Below, in pieces: positions 12,835 to 23,285 of a DNA stretch of 63,025 bases. Source of the DNA: an uncultured Alphaproteobacteria bacterium (GTDB lineage: Bacteria; Pseudomonadota; Alphaproteobacteria; HIMB59; GCA-002718135); the NCBI GenBank assembly GCA_902605135.1, contig CACLBK010000003.1:1-63025 (forward strand), written 5' to 3'. The notes beneath the pieces were generated by a model. That model did no database searches. It worked only from the letters and a program-made list of their open reading frames with translations, and had not been told where the DNA came from. The first letter of the stretch is position 1; every line of letters begins with the position of its first letter. The translations under genes were made by a program, and so were the position numbers.

Positions 12835-12860
12835 AAAAAAAAGGTGGGATAACCCACCTT
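12835..12860 (-). terminator. Intrinsic terminator/attenuator hairpin in the nusA leader
   Basis: Minus strand AAGGTGGG-TTAT-CCCACCTT followed by a T-run, ending about 6 nt before the nusA ATG. Confidence 0.7.
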
Positions 12861-12900
12861 AATAATATTGCGTATATTAATATTTTACAGAATTTCAAGC

Positions 12901-13557
12901 TTATAATTTTCTCAAAATGAATAAAGATGGTTTTCTTTGAGAATTAATTGCTTTTTTATAATATTTTGTCTCAATATTGAAATAATCTTTTATATATAAA
13001 TTCATTTCAGATTGGTTAAGCCAAAGAAAATAATCCTTACAATTGAAAATTGAATTCAAAATAAATCTTACATAAACTGTTGAATCTGTAGCTATATGTA
13101 TCTCACTATTTTCTTTTAAAATCCTATGAAGTTTAATTAAAAAATCACTAGTTATCAATCTGCGCTTAGCATGTCTATTTTTTGGCCATGGATCAGGAAA
13201 AAAAATCCATACAAGGTTAAAATGTTTTTTATTTGCAATTTCTATAACATTATAAACATTTCCATTATGCAATATAATATTGTTTATATTATACTTTTGA
13301 ATATTTTTAAGTAAGCTTATATTTCCATCAATATATTTTTCACAAGATATGACAACTTTGTCTTCAAATTGCTTTGCAAGAAATATACTGGTTTCACCGT
13401 AACCAGTTCCTATATCTAAAATATATTCTGATTTATCATTAAAATTTTTAAACTTATATTTAGCAACTGTATCGTAATAATTTTTTAAATTAATTTTTTT
13501 TTTACTTCTTCCTCTTGTCCTTCCAAATAATCGATTTGTATAATTGTTACTAAACAT
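12901..13557 (-). CDS. trmB: tRNA (guanine-N7)-methyltransferase
   Basis: LDIGTGYGE, FFPDPWPK.RHAKRR, IATD. Confidence 0.93.
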   Translation of the reverse strand: MFSNNYTNRLFGRTRGRSKKKINLKNYYDTVAKYKFKNFNDKSEYILDIGTGYGETSIFLAKQFEDKVVISCEKYIDGNISLLKNIQKYNINNIILHNGNVYNVIEIANKKHFNLVWIFFPDPWPKNRHAKRRLITSDFLIKLHRILKENSEIHIATDSTVYVRFILNSIFNCKDYFLWLNQSEMNLYIKDYFNIETKYYKKAINSQRKPSLFILRKL

Positions 13558-15001
13558 TTTTCCTAAAATAATAGAAAGTAATTAAAAAAAATATAATAAA
13601 AAAATAAATCTTTAGTATTAAATGCTGATTAACGAAATTAATATTTTCTTGAAGAAATAATTTATGTTCAAATTTTTCAATATTATTTAGTTTAGTATTT
13701 TTTATTATACTACCATTATTGTCTATCACTGCAGATATTCCATTATTAGATACACGTATTGTTGGTTTATTAAACTCTGCTGCTCTAATTTTAGTTAAAT
13801 ACAAATGCTGGTATGGTCCTATATATTTACCAAACCAAAAATCATTAGTAATATTTACAATAAAATTACTTTTGTAATTTAACTTATTTAAGAGCTTCCA
13901 ATAAAAAACTATCTCATAACAAATTACAGGAATAAAAGTTATATTATTTGGTAAATTAATTATTCTTTCTTCTTTACCATTTGAATAATTGTTTGGACCA
14001 GCAATACTCTCTAAAAAAGTGAGTGAATCTCTAAGAGGTAGGAATTCTCCAAAAGGAACAAGTATTATTTTGTCAAAATAAGTTACTTTTGATTCGGTAA
14101 TATTGATTAAACTATTATAGTATTTATCGTTCTCAAATCTTGTAGCACCAATAATCAATACTTGATTTTCTTTTAAAGATTCTTTTAGAATTTTTAGATC
14201 AAGCTTATCTAAAAGATATGGAAAGTTATTTTCACCAAATATTAATAAATCTGCAGTACTTTCTTGAATATTTTTCATTATTATATTTAGTTTTTTTTCA
14301 GGAGTTAAAGATTTATCATTGTTTTTAAAATTTAGTTGGAAAATTTCTAAATCTATTGTTTTGGTATTTAAATTATTATTTTTAGAATTAAAATTTGATA
14401 TCATTAAAAAAATTACTGGTAAAACAATAAAAAATGAAAGGTATCCAATTTCCTTTTTCAGTTTAACTTTAGTAATAAAAATAAAAGGTATACAGAATAT
14501 CTGAATTATCAAATAACTTGAGATGAATGTTCCAAAAAACTTTAATGAAAAAATCAGAAATTCGTTACTAGAAATAATCAAGGAAAAGGTAAACCATGGA
14601 AATCCATAAAAAAATAGTGAAATTATATATTCACTAATAGTGAACATAAATGGAATTAAAAAAATTATTGGAATTTTTTTTCCTAACTTAAAAATTATCG
14701 TAAATACTAAACTTAGAATTAGAGATAATAAAATTATTAATAACAAAAAAACTAGAAAGAAATTTTTTGTTTCTTCAAAAACAAAAAAAGGATTTTTAAC
14801 CCAAAATAAATAACTTATAAAAAACCCAAAGCCAAAAAATGAAAAGTTTCTAAAAATATTTAAATCACTATTGTTTTTTTTATTTGATTCAAACAACAGA
14901 CAAAGAAAGGGGAAAATAATAAAACCTAATGGTAAAAAAAAATATGGAGGAAATAAAAGTGATGTTAGAAGTCCTAAGATTAAATAAATTAAAATACTCA
15001 A
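13550..15001 (-). CDS. lnt: Apolipoprotein N-acyltransferase
   Basis: Hydrophobic N-half, GFPW, K..LVPFGE, ICYE, NITND.WFG. Confidence 0.93.
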   Translation of the reverse strand: MSILIYLILGLLTSLLFPPYFFLPLGFIIFPFLCLLFESNKKNNSDLNIFRNFSFFGFGFFISYLFWVKNPFFVFEETKNFFLVFLLLIILLSLILSLVFTIIFKLGKKIPIIFLIPFMFTISEYIISLFFYGFPWFTFSLIISSNEFLIFSLKFFGTFISSYLIIQIFCIPFIFITKVKLKKEIGYLSFFIVLPVIFLMISNFNSKNNNLNTKTIDLEIFQLNFKNNDKSLTPEKKLNIIMKNIQESTADLLIFGENNFPYLLDKLDLKILKESLKENQVLIIGATRFENDKYYNSLINITESKVTYFDKIILVPFGEFLPLRDSLTFLESIAGPNNYSNGKEERIINLPNNITFIPVICYEIVFYWKLLNKLNYKSNFIVNITNDFWFGKYIGPYQHLYLTKIRAAEFNKPTIRVSNNGISAVIDNNGSIIKNTKLNNIEKFEHKLFLQENINFVNQHLILKIYFFIIFFLITFYYFRKNV

Positions 15002-15846
15002 TTATTTTTATTTACTTCTACAATTTCAATTTTTCTATTGTTTGATTTAACAATCTTGATTCTAAGTTCATCATTAAAATCAATTATTTCATTATTTTTT
15101 GGTATCCTATTTATTTTTTCATATACTAGACCGCCTACAGAAGAAGTTTCATCATCTGCATTTCTAGGAATATTAATGGCAAAAAATTCCTCTAAATCTT
15201 CCACTCTATAACTAGCATCTACAGTTATTGAATTGTCTGATTTTTTATAAACTAATTCTTCCTCATCTTCAGCATCATGCTCATCTTCAATCTCACCAAC
15301 AATTTCTTCAACTAAGTCCTCTATCGTAACCAATCCGTCTACACCTCCAACTCCATCGACAACAAGCCCTATATGAATCCTTGATGACCTCATGGTTTTT
15401 AATAAATCTAAAATTGGTGATTTTGGTGCGACATATAAAACATCTCTTATAATTTCATTCATTTGAAATGTATCTTGTGAGAATTTAATAAAATCTTTAA
15501 TGTGAAAGAATCCAATTACGTTATCAATATTTTTTTTATATATTGGAAATCTAGAATGTCCTTCCTCTTTAATGAACTCTAAAATTTCATTATAAGATTT
15601 GTCATGATCTAGTGCAATTATTTCACTTCTTGGTATCATTAAGTCTTCAACGCTTTTTTCATTCAAATTTACGATATTCTTAATTAAATTTTTTTCATTA
15701 TTGTCATTAAGATCTTCAAGATTTCTATCATGTTCATCATTAGCTATAAAATTTAAGATATCTTCTTTAGTTGAATCATTAGATAATAATTTTTTAATTA
15801 TCCAATTTTTCCAACTCGATGTTTTATCAGTGTTATTTGTATTCAT
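14998..15846 (-). CDS. corC: CBS/CorC-HlyC family Mg2+/Co2+ efflux-associated protein
   Basis: MIPRS, HSRFP, GLVTIEDLVEEIVGEIEDEHD; lies between ybeY and lnt. Confidence 0.88.
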   Translation of the reverse strand: MNTNNTDKTSSWKNWIIKKLLSNDSTKEDILNFIANDEHDRNLEDLNDNNEKNLIKNIVNLNEKSVEDLMIPRSEIIALDHDKSYNEILEFIKEEGHSRFPIYKKNIDNVIGFFHIKDFIKFSQDTFQMNEIIRDVLYVAPKSPILDLLKTMRSSRIHIGLVVDGVGGVDGLVTIEDLVEEIVGEIEDEHDAEDEEELVYKKSDNSITVDASYRVEDLEEFFAINIPRNADDETSSVGGLVYEKINRIPKNNEIIDFNDELRIKIVKSNNRKIEIVEVNKNN

Positions 15847-16325
15847 TAAATTGTGTAAGGATTATTAATTCCAAATGATTCTAAAATTTTTATCTCCTCT
15901 TTTTTCATTTTTTTAAAATCAAAATTTTTTTTATGATCATATCCGTTAATATGTAATAAACTATGGATTAGTAAATGGTTAAAATGATTATATATGCTAA
16001 CTTTATTCCTACGTATAAATTTTTCAATAGTATCTATAGAGAAAAAAATATCACAATATAATATTTTTCCAACATTTTTATTTAAATTCTTTGAAATAAA
16101 AGTAAGAACATCTGTGTCTGCTTGTTTATTTTTATAGTTTTTATTAAGTTTTATCATTTTTGATTTATCAATTAAAATTATGTTTAATTCAAATTTATAA
16201 TCTCTTTTAAAATATGGGCTCATCTTATTTATAGTTTTTTTTGTAATAGTCTTAATTTTAGGTACTCGCCTTGACCATTTTTTTGACTCTGAAAAAAAAT
16301 CAACTTTTATGTTTTTCATATGCAT
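15846..16325 (-). CDS. ybeY: rRNA maturation endoribonuclease YbeY
   Basis: TDVLTF, HLLIHSLLHINGYDH zinc motif. Confidence 0.92.
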   Translation of the reverse strand: MHMKNIKVDFFSESKKWSRRVPKIKTITKKTINKMSPYFKRDYKFELNIILIDKSKMIKLNKNYKNKQADTDVLTFISKNLNKNVGKILYCDIFFSIDTIEKFIRRNKVSIYNHFNHLLIHSLLHINGYDHKKNFDFKKMKKEEIKILESFGINNPYTI

Positions 16326-17259
16326 TAATTATTTTTTTTACTAAATCATGTCGAACTACATCCTTCTCTGATAATTCAATGAAACCTATATCGTTAACTT
16401 TGTTTAATTTTTTCAATGCATCTTTAAGTCCTGAATCTTTTTCACTTACAAGATCGATCTGCGTAATATCTCCTACAACTACCATTTGACTATTTTTACC
16501 TAGTCTAGTTAGAAACATTTTCATTTGTGTTTTTGTTGTATTTTGAGCCTCATCTAAGATTATAAAACAATCTTCAAGAGTTCTTCCTCTCATAAATGCG
16601 ATAGGTGCTATTTCAATTGTATTATTAAGTAATTTTTTTTCTACCTGTTCATAGGGAAGCATTGAATATAAAGCATCATAAATAGGTCTCAAAAAAGGAT
16701 CTACTTTTTCTTTTAAATCTCCTGGAAGAAATCCTAATTTTTCTCCTGCTTCAACTGCTGGTCTTGATAGAATAATTTTATTTACTTTTCCATCTTGAAG
16801 GGCTGAAACTGCTTTCGCAACAGCTAAATAAGTTTTTCCAGTCCCAGCTGGACCAATAGCAAATGTAATATTTTTAGTATTTAGTAATTGAAGATATTTA
16901 TTTTGTATTTCAGTTCTTGGTATAATTTTTCTTTTTTTAGTTTGAATAAATAGATCCATCTGTTTGTCTGTTTTAATATTCATCGATATTAAGCTTTTAT
17001 TATCTCTTATTCTATCCTCATCTATTTCAATACCATTTTGTGCTTCTTTAAATAAATTAAGAATAGTTTTCTTTGTTTCAAAAATTGATTTTTTATTTCC
17101 TGAAATTTTAATTTTATTTCCACGATATTGAATTTTAACTTGATTAATCTCCTCTATAAGTGATAAATTTCTATCATTAATACCAAATAAATTACTTAAA
17201 ATTGTATTATCATCTAACTCCAATTCCAGATTTTCATTCTTACTTACTATATTTGACAT
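16300..17259 (-). CDS. phoH: PhoH-family ATPase (YbeZ type)
   Basis: GPAGTGKTYLA, RPAVEAGEKLGFLPGD, MRGRTL, DEAQN; miaB-phoH-ybeY synteny. Confidence 0.95.
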   Translation of the reverse strand: MSNIVSKNENLELELDDNTILSNLFGINDRNLSLIEEINQVKIQYRGNKIKISGNKKSIFETKKTILNLFKEAQNGIEIDEDRIRDNKSLISMNIKTDKQMDLFIQTKKRKIIPRTEIQNKYLQLLNTKNITFAIGPAGTGKTYLAVAKAVSALQDGKVNKIILSRPAVEAGEKLGFLPGDLKEKVDPFLRPIYDALYSMLPYEQVEKKLLNNTIEIAPIAFMRGRTLEDCFIILDEAQNTTKTQMKMFLTRLGKNSQMVVVGDITQIDLVSEKDSGLKDALKKLNKVNDIGFIELSEKDVVRHDLVKKIINAYEKHKS

Positions 17260-18548
17260 TCAAGAGCAAAATTAGTTGAGTTTATAATTTTAACATTCAT
17301 AATTTGATTTAATAAATCTTTTTTAGAATTAACAAATGTGCTTTGATTATAAATTGTACGACCTATGAATTGGTCTTTGTGTCTTCCTATTTTTTCAAAT
17401 AATACTTCCATACCTTTATTAATAAATGACTTATTAAAATTTATTTGTTGTTGCGTAAGCAAAGATTGCAATGCACTTAAACGTGCTTTTTTATCTAATA
17501 TACTAATATTATCTTTATTTTGAGCAGGTGTTCCTGGTCTTGGACTATAAATAAATGAATAAGCAATAACAAAATTAACCTTTTCAATAAATTTCATTGT
17601 ATCTTCAAAATCTTTATCTGCCTCTTCTGGAAAGCCAACAATAAAATCTGATGAAAGAGCAATATCGGGACGAATATTTCTGATTTTTTCTACAATTTTT
17701 AGATAATCATCAACTGTATGTTTTCTATTCATTTTTTTTAAAATTTTATCTGAGCCAGATTGAATAGGTAGATGAAGGAATGGCATTAGTTTTGTATTGT
17801 CGGCATGAGCATTAATTAGAGAGTCTTTCATATCTATAGGATGAGATGTCATATATCTAATCCTCTTAATTTCTTCAATTTCACCTATCTTATTAATCAA
17901 ATAAGCTAGATCTTTTGATTTTCCATCAGAGGCAATGCCATGATAGGCATTAACATTTTGACCTAGTAAAATTATTTCTTTAATTCCGTTTGAAACATAT
18001 TTTTTTGTCTCTTCTACAATATCTTTAACTGGTCTAGAAAATTCTGGCCCTCTGGTGTATGGAACTACACAGAAAGAACAGAATTTGTCACAACCTTCTT
18101 GAATAGATAAGAATTCAGATGATAAATTTGATGATTTAAAAATTAAGTTTTTGAATTTTTCATTTTGTAAAAACTCACTATTTTCTACTTCGTCCACACT
18201 ATCTATCATATCAGGAAGTTTGTGATAAGATTGAGGTCCTACAACATAGTCAACTGACGGTGATCTTTTTTTAATTTCAAGACCTTCTGCTTGAGCAACA
18301 CAACCAGCAACTACTAATTTCATGTTCTGTTTTTTATCTTTAATTTTTTTAACTCTACCAATATCAGAATAGACTTTCTCAACTGCCTTTTCCCTGATAT
18401 GACATGTGTTCAAAACAGTTAAATCTGCCTTTGAAATATCATCAGTTACTTTGTATCCTTTATTTGAAAATAAATCTTTAATACGGTTGCTGTCGTATAC
18501 ATTCATCTGACAACCATATGATTTTATATAAATGTACTTATCACTCAT
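17247..18548 (-). CDS. miaB: tRNA-2-methylthio-N6-dimethylallyladenosine synthase
   Basis: YGCQMNVYDS, NTCHIREKA, radical-SAM CDKFCSFC, YSPRPGTPA. Confidence 0.97.
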   Translation of the reverse strand: MSDKYIYIKSYGCQMNVYDSNRIKDLFSNKGYKVTDDISKADLTVLNTCHIREKAVEKVYSDIGRVKKIKDKKQNMKLVVAGCVAQAEGLEIKKRSPSVDYVVGPQSYHKLPDMIDSVDEVENSEFLQNEKFKNLIFKSSNLSSEFLSIQEGCDKFCSFCVVPYTRGPEFSRPVKDIVEETKKYVSNGIKEIILLGQNVNAYHGIASDGKSKDLAYLINKIGEIEEIKRIRYMTSHPIDMKDSLINAHADNTKLMPFLHLPIQSGSDKILKKMNRKHTVDDYLKIVEKIRNIRPDIALSSDFIVGFPEEADKDFEDTMKFIEKVNFVIAYSFIYSPRPGTPAQNKDNISILDKKARLSALQSLLTQQQINFNKSFINKGMEVLFEKIGRHKDQFIGRTIYNQSTFVNSKKDLLNQIMNVKIINSTNFALECQI

Positions 18549-19020
18549 GATTAATTTTTTTTATAAAGCATTTAGCATGAACATTTCTATAATTATATCT
18601 ATAATAATTATGTCTAAAATTTAAAAAAACAAAGTTGTTTTTTTTATAAAAACTTATTGCATCTAAATTATCTTCAGCAACTTCAACGAAAATCTTTGAA
18701 AATTTAAATATATTTGTTTCAACACAATTTAATAATTTAGTCGCAATTTTTTTTCTTCTTTGGTCTTTTGACACGAATAACATATGCAATTCTAAATCAT
18801 AATCTTTATCGTTTTTAATTTTTTCACCAATTAAAAGTCCTACTAGGTTATTAGCCTTAAAATATCCAATAGAGTAATTATTAACTTTGCTAAATTGACT
18901 TTCAATATTTTTAAGATTCCATCCTATCTTTTTAAAATAACTATATTCATTACTATTATCATCCATGAATTTAATGATTGAAGAAAGATCCTCTTTATTT
19001 ATTAGACTAATACTGTTCAA
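18541..19020 (-). CDS. GNAT acetyltransferase (RimI-like)
   Basis: V....R.K.IA..LL, EVAEDN..AISFY, R.NYY; tsaB-rimI-miaB synteny. Confidence 0.8.
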   Translation of the reverse strand: MNSISLINKEDLSSIIKFMDDNSNEYSYFKKIGWNLKNIESQFSKVNNYSIGYFKANNLVGLLIGEKIKNDKDYDLELHMLFVSKDQRRKKIATKLLNCVETNIFKFSKIFVEVAEDNLDAISFYKKNNFVFLNFRHNYYRYNYRNVHAKCFIKKINHE

Positions 19021-19628
19021 TTTAGCAATTGATTATTTGATATATAAATTGGTTTAATAATAATATTTTTTTTAAAAGTTAAATTATTATAATTTTCATA
19101 AAATTCTTTAAAAAAAGAAAATTGAATTTGTTCTAATTTATTATTTTCATTAATCTTTGTCTTATTAAAAAAAATTAATTCGATATGTTTTGGAATAGAG
19201 CATTTATTATTTTCGATTTTATTGTATTCCATTACTTTATCTTTATTTTTATAACATAAAAATTGCTGATTATTAGATGATGTTATAAAAACTCCTAAAT
19301 TTTTTTTAGAAAATTTTTTTGAATTAAAATTTAAAATATCCTCAATTGATAGTGGATAGTAAGGAATTTTTCGAGATATCATGAGGCCTGATATAAATGC
19401 TGAACCGACTCTTAAACTTGTATATGATCCAGGGCCAATTGTCGTAGAAATTTTATTAAGATTTTTTGTTAAATTTAAACGTTTATCAATCTCTATATAG
19501 GATTGTATTATATTATCACTCAACCTATCTGTTTCATTTTGAATAATTTTCTCCTGCAATATTACTTTGTTGTCTTGAATTACACAAAACTCTGGTATTG
19601 ATGATATAACATCTAGAAACAATAACAT
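19017..19628 (-). CDS. tsaB: tRNA threonylcarbamoyladenosine biosynthesis protein TsaB (divergent)
   Basis: GPGSYTSLRVG signature; synteny. Confidence 0.82.
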   Translation of the reverse strand: MLLFLDVISSIPEFCVIQDNKVILQEKIIQNETDRLSDNIIQSYIEIDKRLNLTKNLNKISTTIGPGSYTSLRVGSAFISGLMISRKIPYYPLSIEDILNFNSKKFSKKNLGVFITSSNNQQFLCYKNKDKVMEYNKIENNKCSIPKHIELIFFNKTKINENNKLEQIQFSFFKEFYENYNNLTFKKNIIIKPIYISNNQLLN

Positions 19629-20657
19629 ATGAAATTACGTAACTACATTCTATTGCTGTTTTTAAAAAGTATTTCTTTAATTTTTTTATTAGTAAGTGGG
19701 ACTTTTGCAAATGAGGTTAAAAATTCAGCTACTGTATTTATGTATCATAAATTTGGAGTTTCAAAATATCCTTCAACAAGTGTTACTATTGATCAACTTA
19801 ACAGTCACATTGAAGAACTAACTAAAGAAAAATATACGATTAAATCATTAGATTTTATTGTTGATACAATTAATAATGATGGTGACCTTCCTGCAAATAC
19901 TATTGGTATAAGTGTGGATGATGCTGATAAGTCTTTTTTAGAAGTTGGATGGCCTTTATTTAAAAAAAATAATATACCTGTAACCTTATTTGTAACAACT
20001 GGAACAATATCAAATAATAAAAAATATATTAACTGGGATCAGATAAGAAAACTTAAAGAAGAAGGTGTAATAATTGGTGCACATTCTCATACACATGCTC
20101 ACATGCCAGATATTAGCATTGATGAAGTAAGAAGTGAGATAGAAACATCAAATAAAATATTCCTAAACGAACTTGGGGAAATACCAACTTTATTTGCATT
20201 TCCTTATGGTGAAACAACAGATGAAATAATTGAATTAGTAAAAGAATTTAAGTTTAAAGTAGCCTTTGGTCAGCATTCTGGAATAATTAATGAAACTTCA
20301 AACATGTATTATCTACCAAGATTTTCATTAAATGAAAGATATGGTGAAATAGGCAGAGTTAAATTTGCTGCTTCCTCTAAAGGTTTAGGAGTTTATGATT
20401 TTATACCTCAAAATCCAACAATTAAACAAAACCCACCATTCATAGGATTTTCTCTTCTTGATGATAAAAAAGCACAATCTTTGGATTGTTTTGTATTTGA
20501 TAGTAAGGGTCAGGTTGATAGAGAAATTTATAAATTTAATGAAAGAATTGAAATAAGACTTTCAAGAGAATTGTCACCTGGAAGGTCTAGAATGAATTGT
20601 ACTGTTAAAGATAAGGACGGAAATTGGAGATGGTTTGGCCATCAATTCTATTTTTAA
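19629..20657 (+). CDS. Polysaccharide deacetylase (CE4/NodB family), secreted
   Basis: Signal peptide-like N-terminus, MYH, ISVDDA, HSHTH, FAFPYG, LPRF. Confidence 0.9.
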   Translation: MKLRNYILLLFLKSISLIFLLVSGTFANEVKNSATVFMYHKFGVSKYPSTSVTIDQLNSHIEELTKEKYTIKSLDFIVDTINNDGDLPANTIGISVDDADKSFLEVGWPLFKKNNIPVTLFVTTGTISNNKKYINWDQIRKLKEEGVIIGAHSHTHAHMPDISIDEVRSEIETSNKIFLNELGEIPTLFAFPYGETTDEIIELVKEFKFKVAFGQHSGIINETSNMYYLPRFSLNERYGEIGRVKFAASSKGLGVYDFIPQNPTIKQNPPFIGFSLLDDKKAQSLDCFVFDSKGQVDREIYKFNERIEIRLSRELSPGRSRMNCTVKDKDGNWRWFGHQFYF

Positions 20658-21650
20658 TTAATAAGAAATAGTTTTTTGATCAAAAATACTAAAATTGTTA
20701 GTTTTAATAACTTGTTTTATAGTTTTAATATAATTCTTATCTTCTGCGTAAGTACTTAATCTATCAACTAATAAGTTAACATTTGAAAAATTATTTCTTG
20801 TTCTCATAATATTCCGAATATCTCGAAAATCTTGGTAAGCATAGTGAGAATTAATATTGTTAAAGTATGACTCAACGCTGTTATTATAAGAGTTGAATGC
20901 TTTGATTAGATGAGTTTCGCCATTTTCTCTTTCAAGTGGGATGACACCTTTAGTATTATCATAAGTATATTCACCAAATAATGCATTATATTCCTGAGCA
21001 AATCTAGATGATCCCCAACCACTTTCAATTGCAGCTTGAGCTAAAACAATAGAGTTTGGAATCATTTCAACCCTTAAAAGAAGTTTATCAATAATTTCCA
21101 TTTTATGTTCATTATCGAATTCAATTTTATATTTTTTTGATAATTTTCTTAATTTTTTTAGCTCAAAACTATTTAATGAATTATTTTCAGAAAGCTTCGA
21201 GCGTAAAATCATTAGATCATTTCTATTTGATAAAATTTTTTGATTTTCATTTATTATTAGCGGTAGAACTATTTTAACAAATTGTTGTTTTTGCTCATTT
21301 AAATGCTGAAAGTCTATTTCAGATAAATTTGATACTAAATTAACTTTTTCAATTTTCTCAATATTAGAATATGATTTTGGATGTAACGGTTTAGTTTTAA
21401 TATTTACTAAAAATTTATTTGATTTAAATTTATTAAGAATATCATTTTTTAAAATATCTTTTTCAGAATAAAGTTTATTAATTGTATATGAATCATAAGT
21501 CTTACAGTAGTTTAAAACGAGCTCATCAAAATCTGCATTTAATTTATATTTTATATCTAGTGTTGGTGATTTTTCCTCAAAGGCAATAGTTGGAATTGAA
21601 ACTGCAAGTCCAATAATTATAACTGGATATAAAGAAAGTTTATGCATCAA
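20658..21650 (-). CDS. Glucosaminidase domain protein (Bax/GH73-like)
   Basis: LAQAAIESGWGSSRFA..YNALFG, Y..N.N.H.AY, YAED..Y. Confidence 0.88.
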   Translation of the reverse strand: MMHKLSLYPVIIIGLAVSIPTIAFEEKSPTLDIKYKLNADFDELVLNYCKTYDSYTINKLYSEKDILKNDILNKFKSNKFLVNIKTKPLHPKSYSNIEKIEKVNLVSNLSEIDFQHLNEQKQQFVKIVLPLIINENQKILSNRNDLMILRSKLSENNSLNSFELKKLRKLSKKYKIEFDNEHKMEIIDKLLLRVEMIPNSIVLAQAAIESGWGSSRFAQEYNALFGEYTYDNTKGVIPLERENGETHLIKAFNSYNNSVESYFNNINSHYAYQDFRDIRNIMRTRNNFSNVNLLVDRLSTYAEDKNYIKTIKQVIKTNNFSIFDQKTISY

Positions 21651-22203
21651 TTGGTCTTACTTCTTGGACCTCAGGAACATAATGTTTGAGCATATTTTCT
21701 ATTCCCATTTTAAGTGTAGCGGTAGAACTTGGGCATCCTGAGCATGCGCCCTGCATATGCAGATATACAACTCCGTCCTTAAAACTGTCATAAACAATAT
21801 CACCACCATCCATTGCTACAGCTGGTCTAACCCTAGTATCTAGTAATTCTTTAATCTGCTTTACAATATCTGTATCATTTTCATCAACCTTTAACGAAGT
21901 ATCATCATTCTTTTTTTGACTATTGATTGTTACATCACCGGAGTTATAGTGATCCATAATAGATCCTAGAATTAATGGCTTCATAACTTGCCAATCTAAA
22001 GATTGATTTTTTGTTATAGTAATAAAATCACTGCCAAAAAATACACCTTCTACACCATCTAATTCAAATAAACGTTTTGCAAACGGAGAATGTGATCCTT
22101 CTTCAACATTTTGAAAAAAAGCTGTTCCTTCTTCCATCACAACTTTACCCGGAAGGAATTTTAAGGTTTGCGGATTTGGTGTTTGTTCAGTTTGTATAAA
22201 CAT
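21640..22203 (-). CDS. nfuA: NifU/NfuA family Fe-S carrier
   Basis: MFIQTE.TPNP.TLKFLPG, RPAVAMDGGD, GACSGCPSS..TLK.GIE. Confidence 0.93.
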   Translation of the reverse strand: MFIQTEQTPNPQTLKFLPGKVVMEEGTAFFQNVEEGSHSPFAKRLFELDGVEGVFFGSDFITITKNQSLDWQVMKPLILGSIMDHYNSGDVTINSQKKNDDTSLKVDENDTDIVKQIKELLDTRVRPAVAMDGGDIVYDSFKDGVVYLHMQGACSGCPSSTATLKMGIENMLKHYVPEVQEVRPIDA

Positions 22204-22276
22204 ATAGCGTATATATAGTTATTAATATGTCTTTAGTATGAATTTTATAAAAAAAAATATTAAATTTGGGGAGTTT

Positions 22277-23284
22277 TTATATCAAAAAACCAATAATTTC
22301 TTTAGTTTTTTGTAAAACAGGTTCAGCAACTGAAATTGCATTATCTTTTCCGGCATTTAGAACAGAATCGATATACGAAATATCATTCATAAGTTTATTC
22401 ATTTCACTCGTAATTGGCTCCAATTTTGAGACAGATAAATCAGCTAAATCCTTCTTAAAAGTAGAGAATTCTTTTCCAGAATATTCATTAATGACATTGT
22501 CAACTGAGGTATCTTTCAAAGAAGCAAATATAGAAATCAAGTTTTCAGCTTCAGGTCTTTTTTCTAAATCAGTTTTGTTTTCTGGCAGTGGTTCTGGATC
22601 TGTTTTTGCTTTTCTAATTTTTTGAACAATATTTTCTGCCGTATCAGTTAACATTATTCTCGAATAATCAGATGGATCAGACTTACTCATTTTTTTTGAC
22701 CCATCACGAAGGCTCATTACTCTAGTTGCTTCTCCAAAAATTAAGGGTTCAGGAATGGGGAATAAATCTGTTTTAAAATCATTATTAAATTTTTGGGCGA
22801 TATCTCTGGTTAATTCCAAGTGTTGTTTTTGATCATCGCCAACTGGTACATGAGTAGCCAAATAAATTAAAATATCTGCTGCCATTAAAGTTGGATAGGA
22901 AAAAAGACCAACTGATACATTTTCACTATTCTTTCCTGCCTTATCTTTGAATTGTGTCATACGGTTTAACCAGCCCATTCTTGCAACACAGTTAAATAGC
23001 CAACCAAGCTGTGCATGTTGAGGGACTTGTGATTGAACAAAAATATTATTTTTCTTTGGATCAATACCAGAGGCAATAAATGCAGCCGTTACTTCTCTAG
23101 TTTTATCTGCTAGTACTTTAGGATCTTGCCATACAGTAATTGCATGTAAGTCAACAACACAAAAAAAACATTCATATTCTTTTTGAAGCGTAACAAAATT
23201 TTTTATCGCACCAAGATAATTCCCTAAATGAAGATCACCTGAAGGCTGTACCCCTGATAAAATTCTTTTTGTTGGTTTTTCCAT
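22277..23284 (-). CDS. trpS: Tryptophan--tRNA ligase
   Basis: [25 protein letters not shown]. Confidence 0.98.
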   Translation of the reverse strand: MEKPTKRILSGVQPSGDLHLGNYLGAIKNFVTLQKEYECFFCVVDLHAITVWQDPKVLADKTREVTAAFIASGIDPKKNNIFVQSQVPQHAQLGWLFNCVARMGWLNRMTQFKDKAGKNSENVSVGLFSYPTLMAADILIYLATHVPVGDDQKQHLELTRDIAQKFNNDFKTDLFPIPEPLIFGEATRVMSLRDGSKKMSKSDPSDYSRIMLTDTAENIVQKIRKAKTDPEPLPENKTDLEKRPEAENLISIFASLKDTSVDNVINEYSGKEFSTFKKDLADLSVSKLEPITSEMNKLMNDISYIDSVLNAGKDNAISVAEPVLQKTKEIIGFLI

Positions 23285-23285
23285 T

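Noticed and set aside
16300-17259. phoH (and hsp20) as phage auxiliary genes or a prophage signal
   Set aside because: Both are in normal chromosomal context, and no phage structural or integrase genes are in the window.
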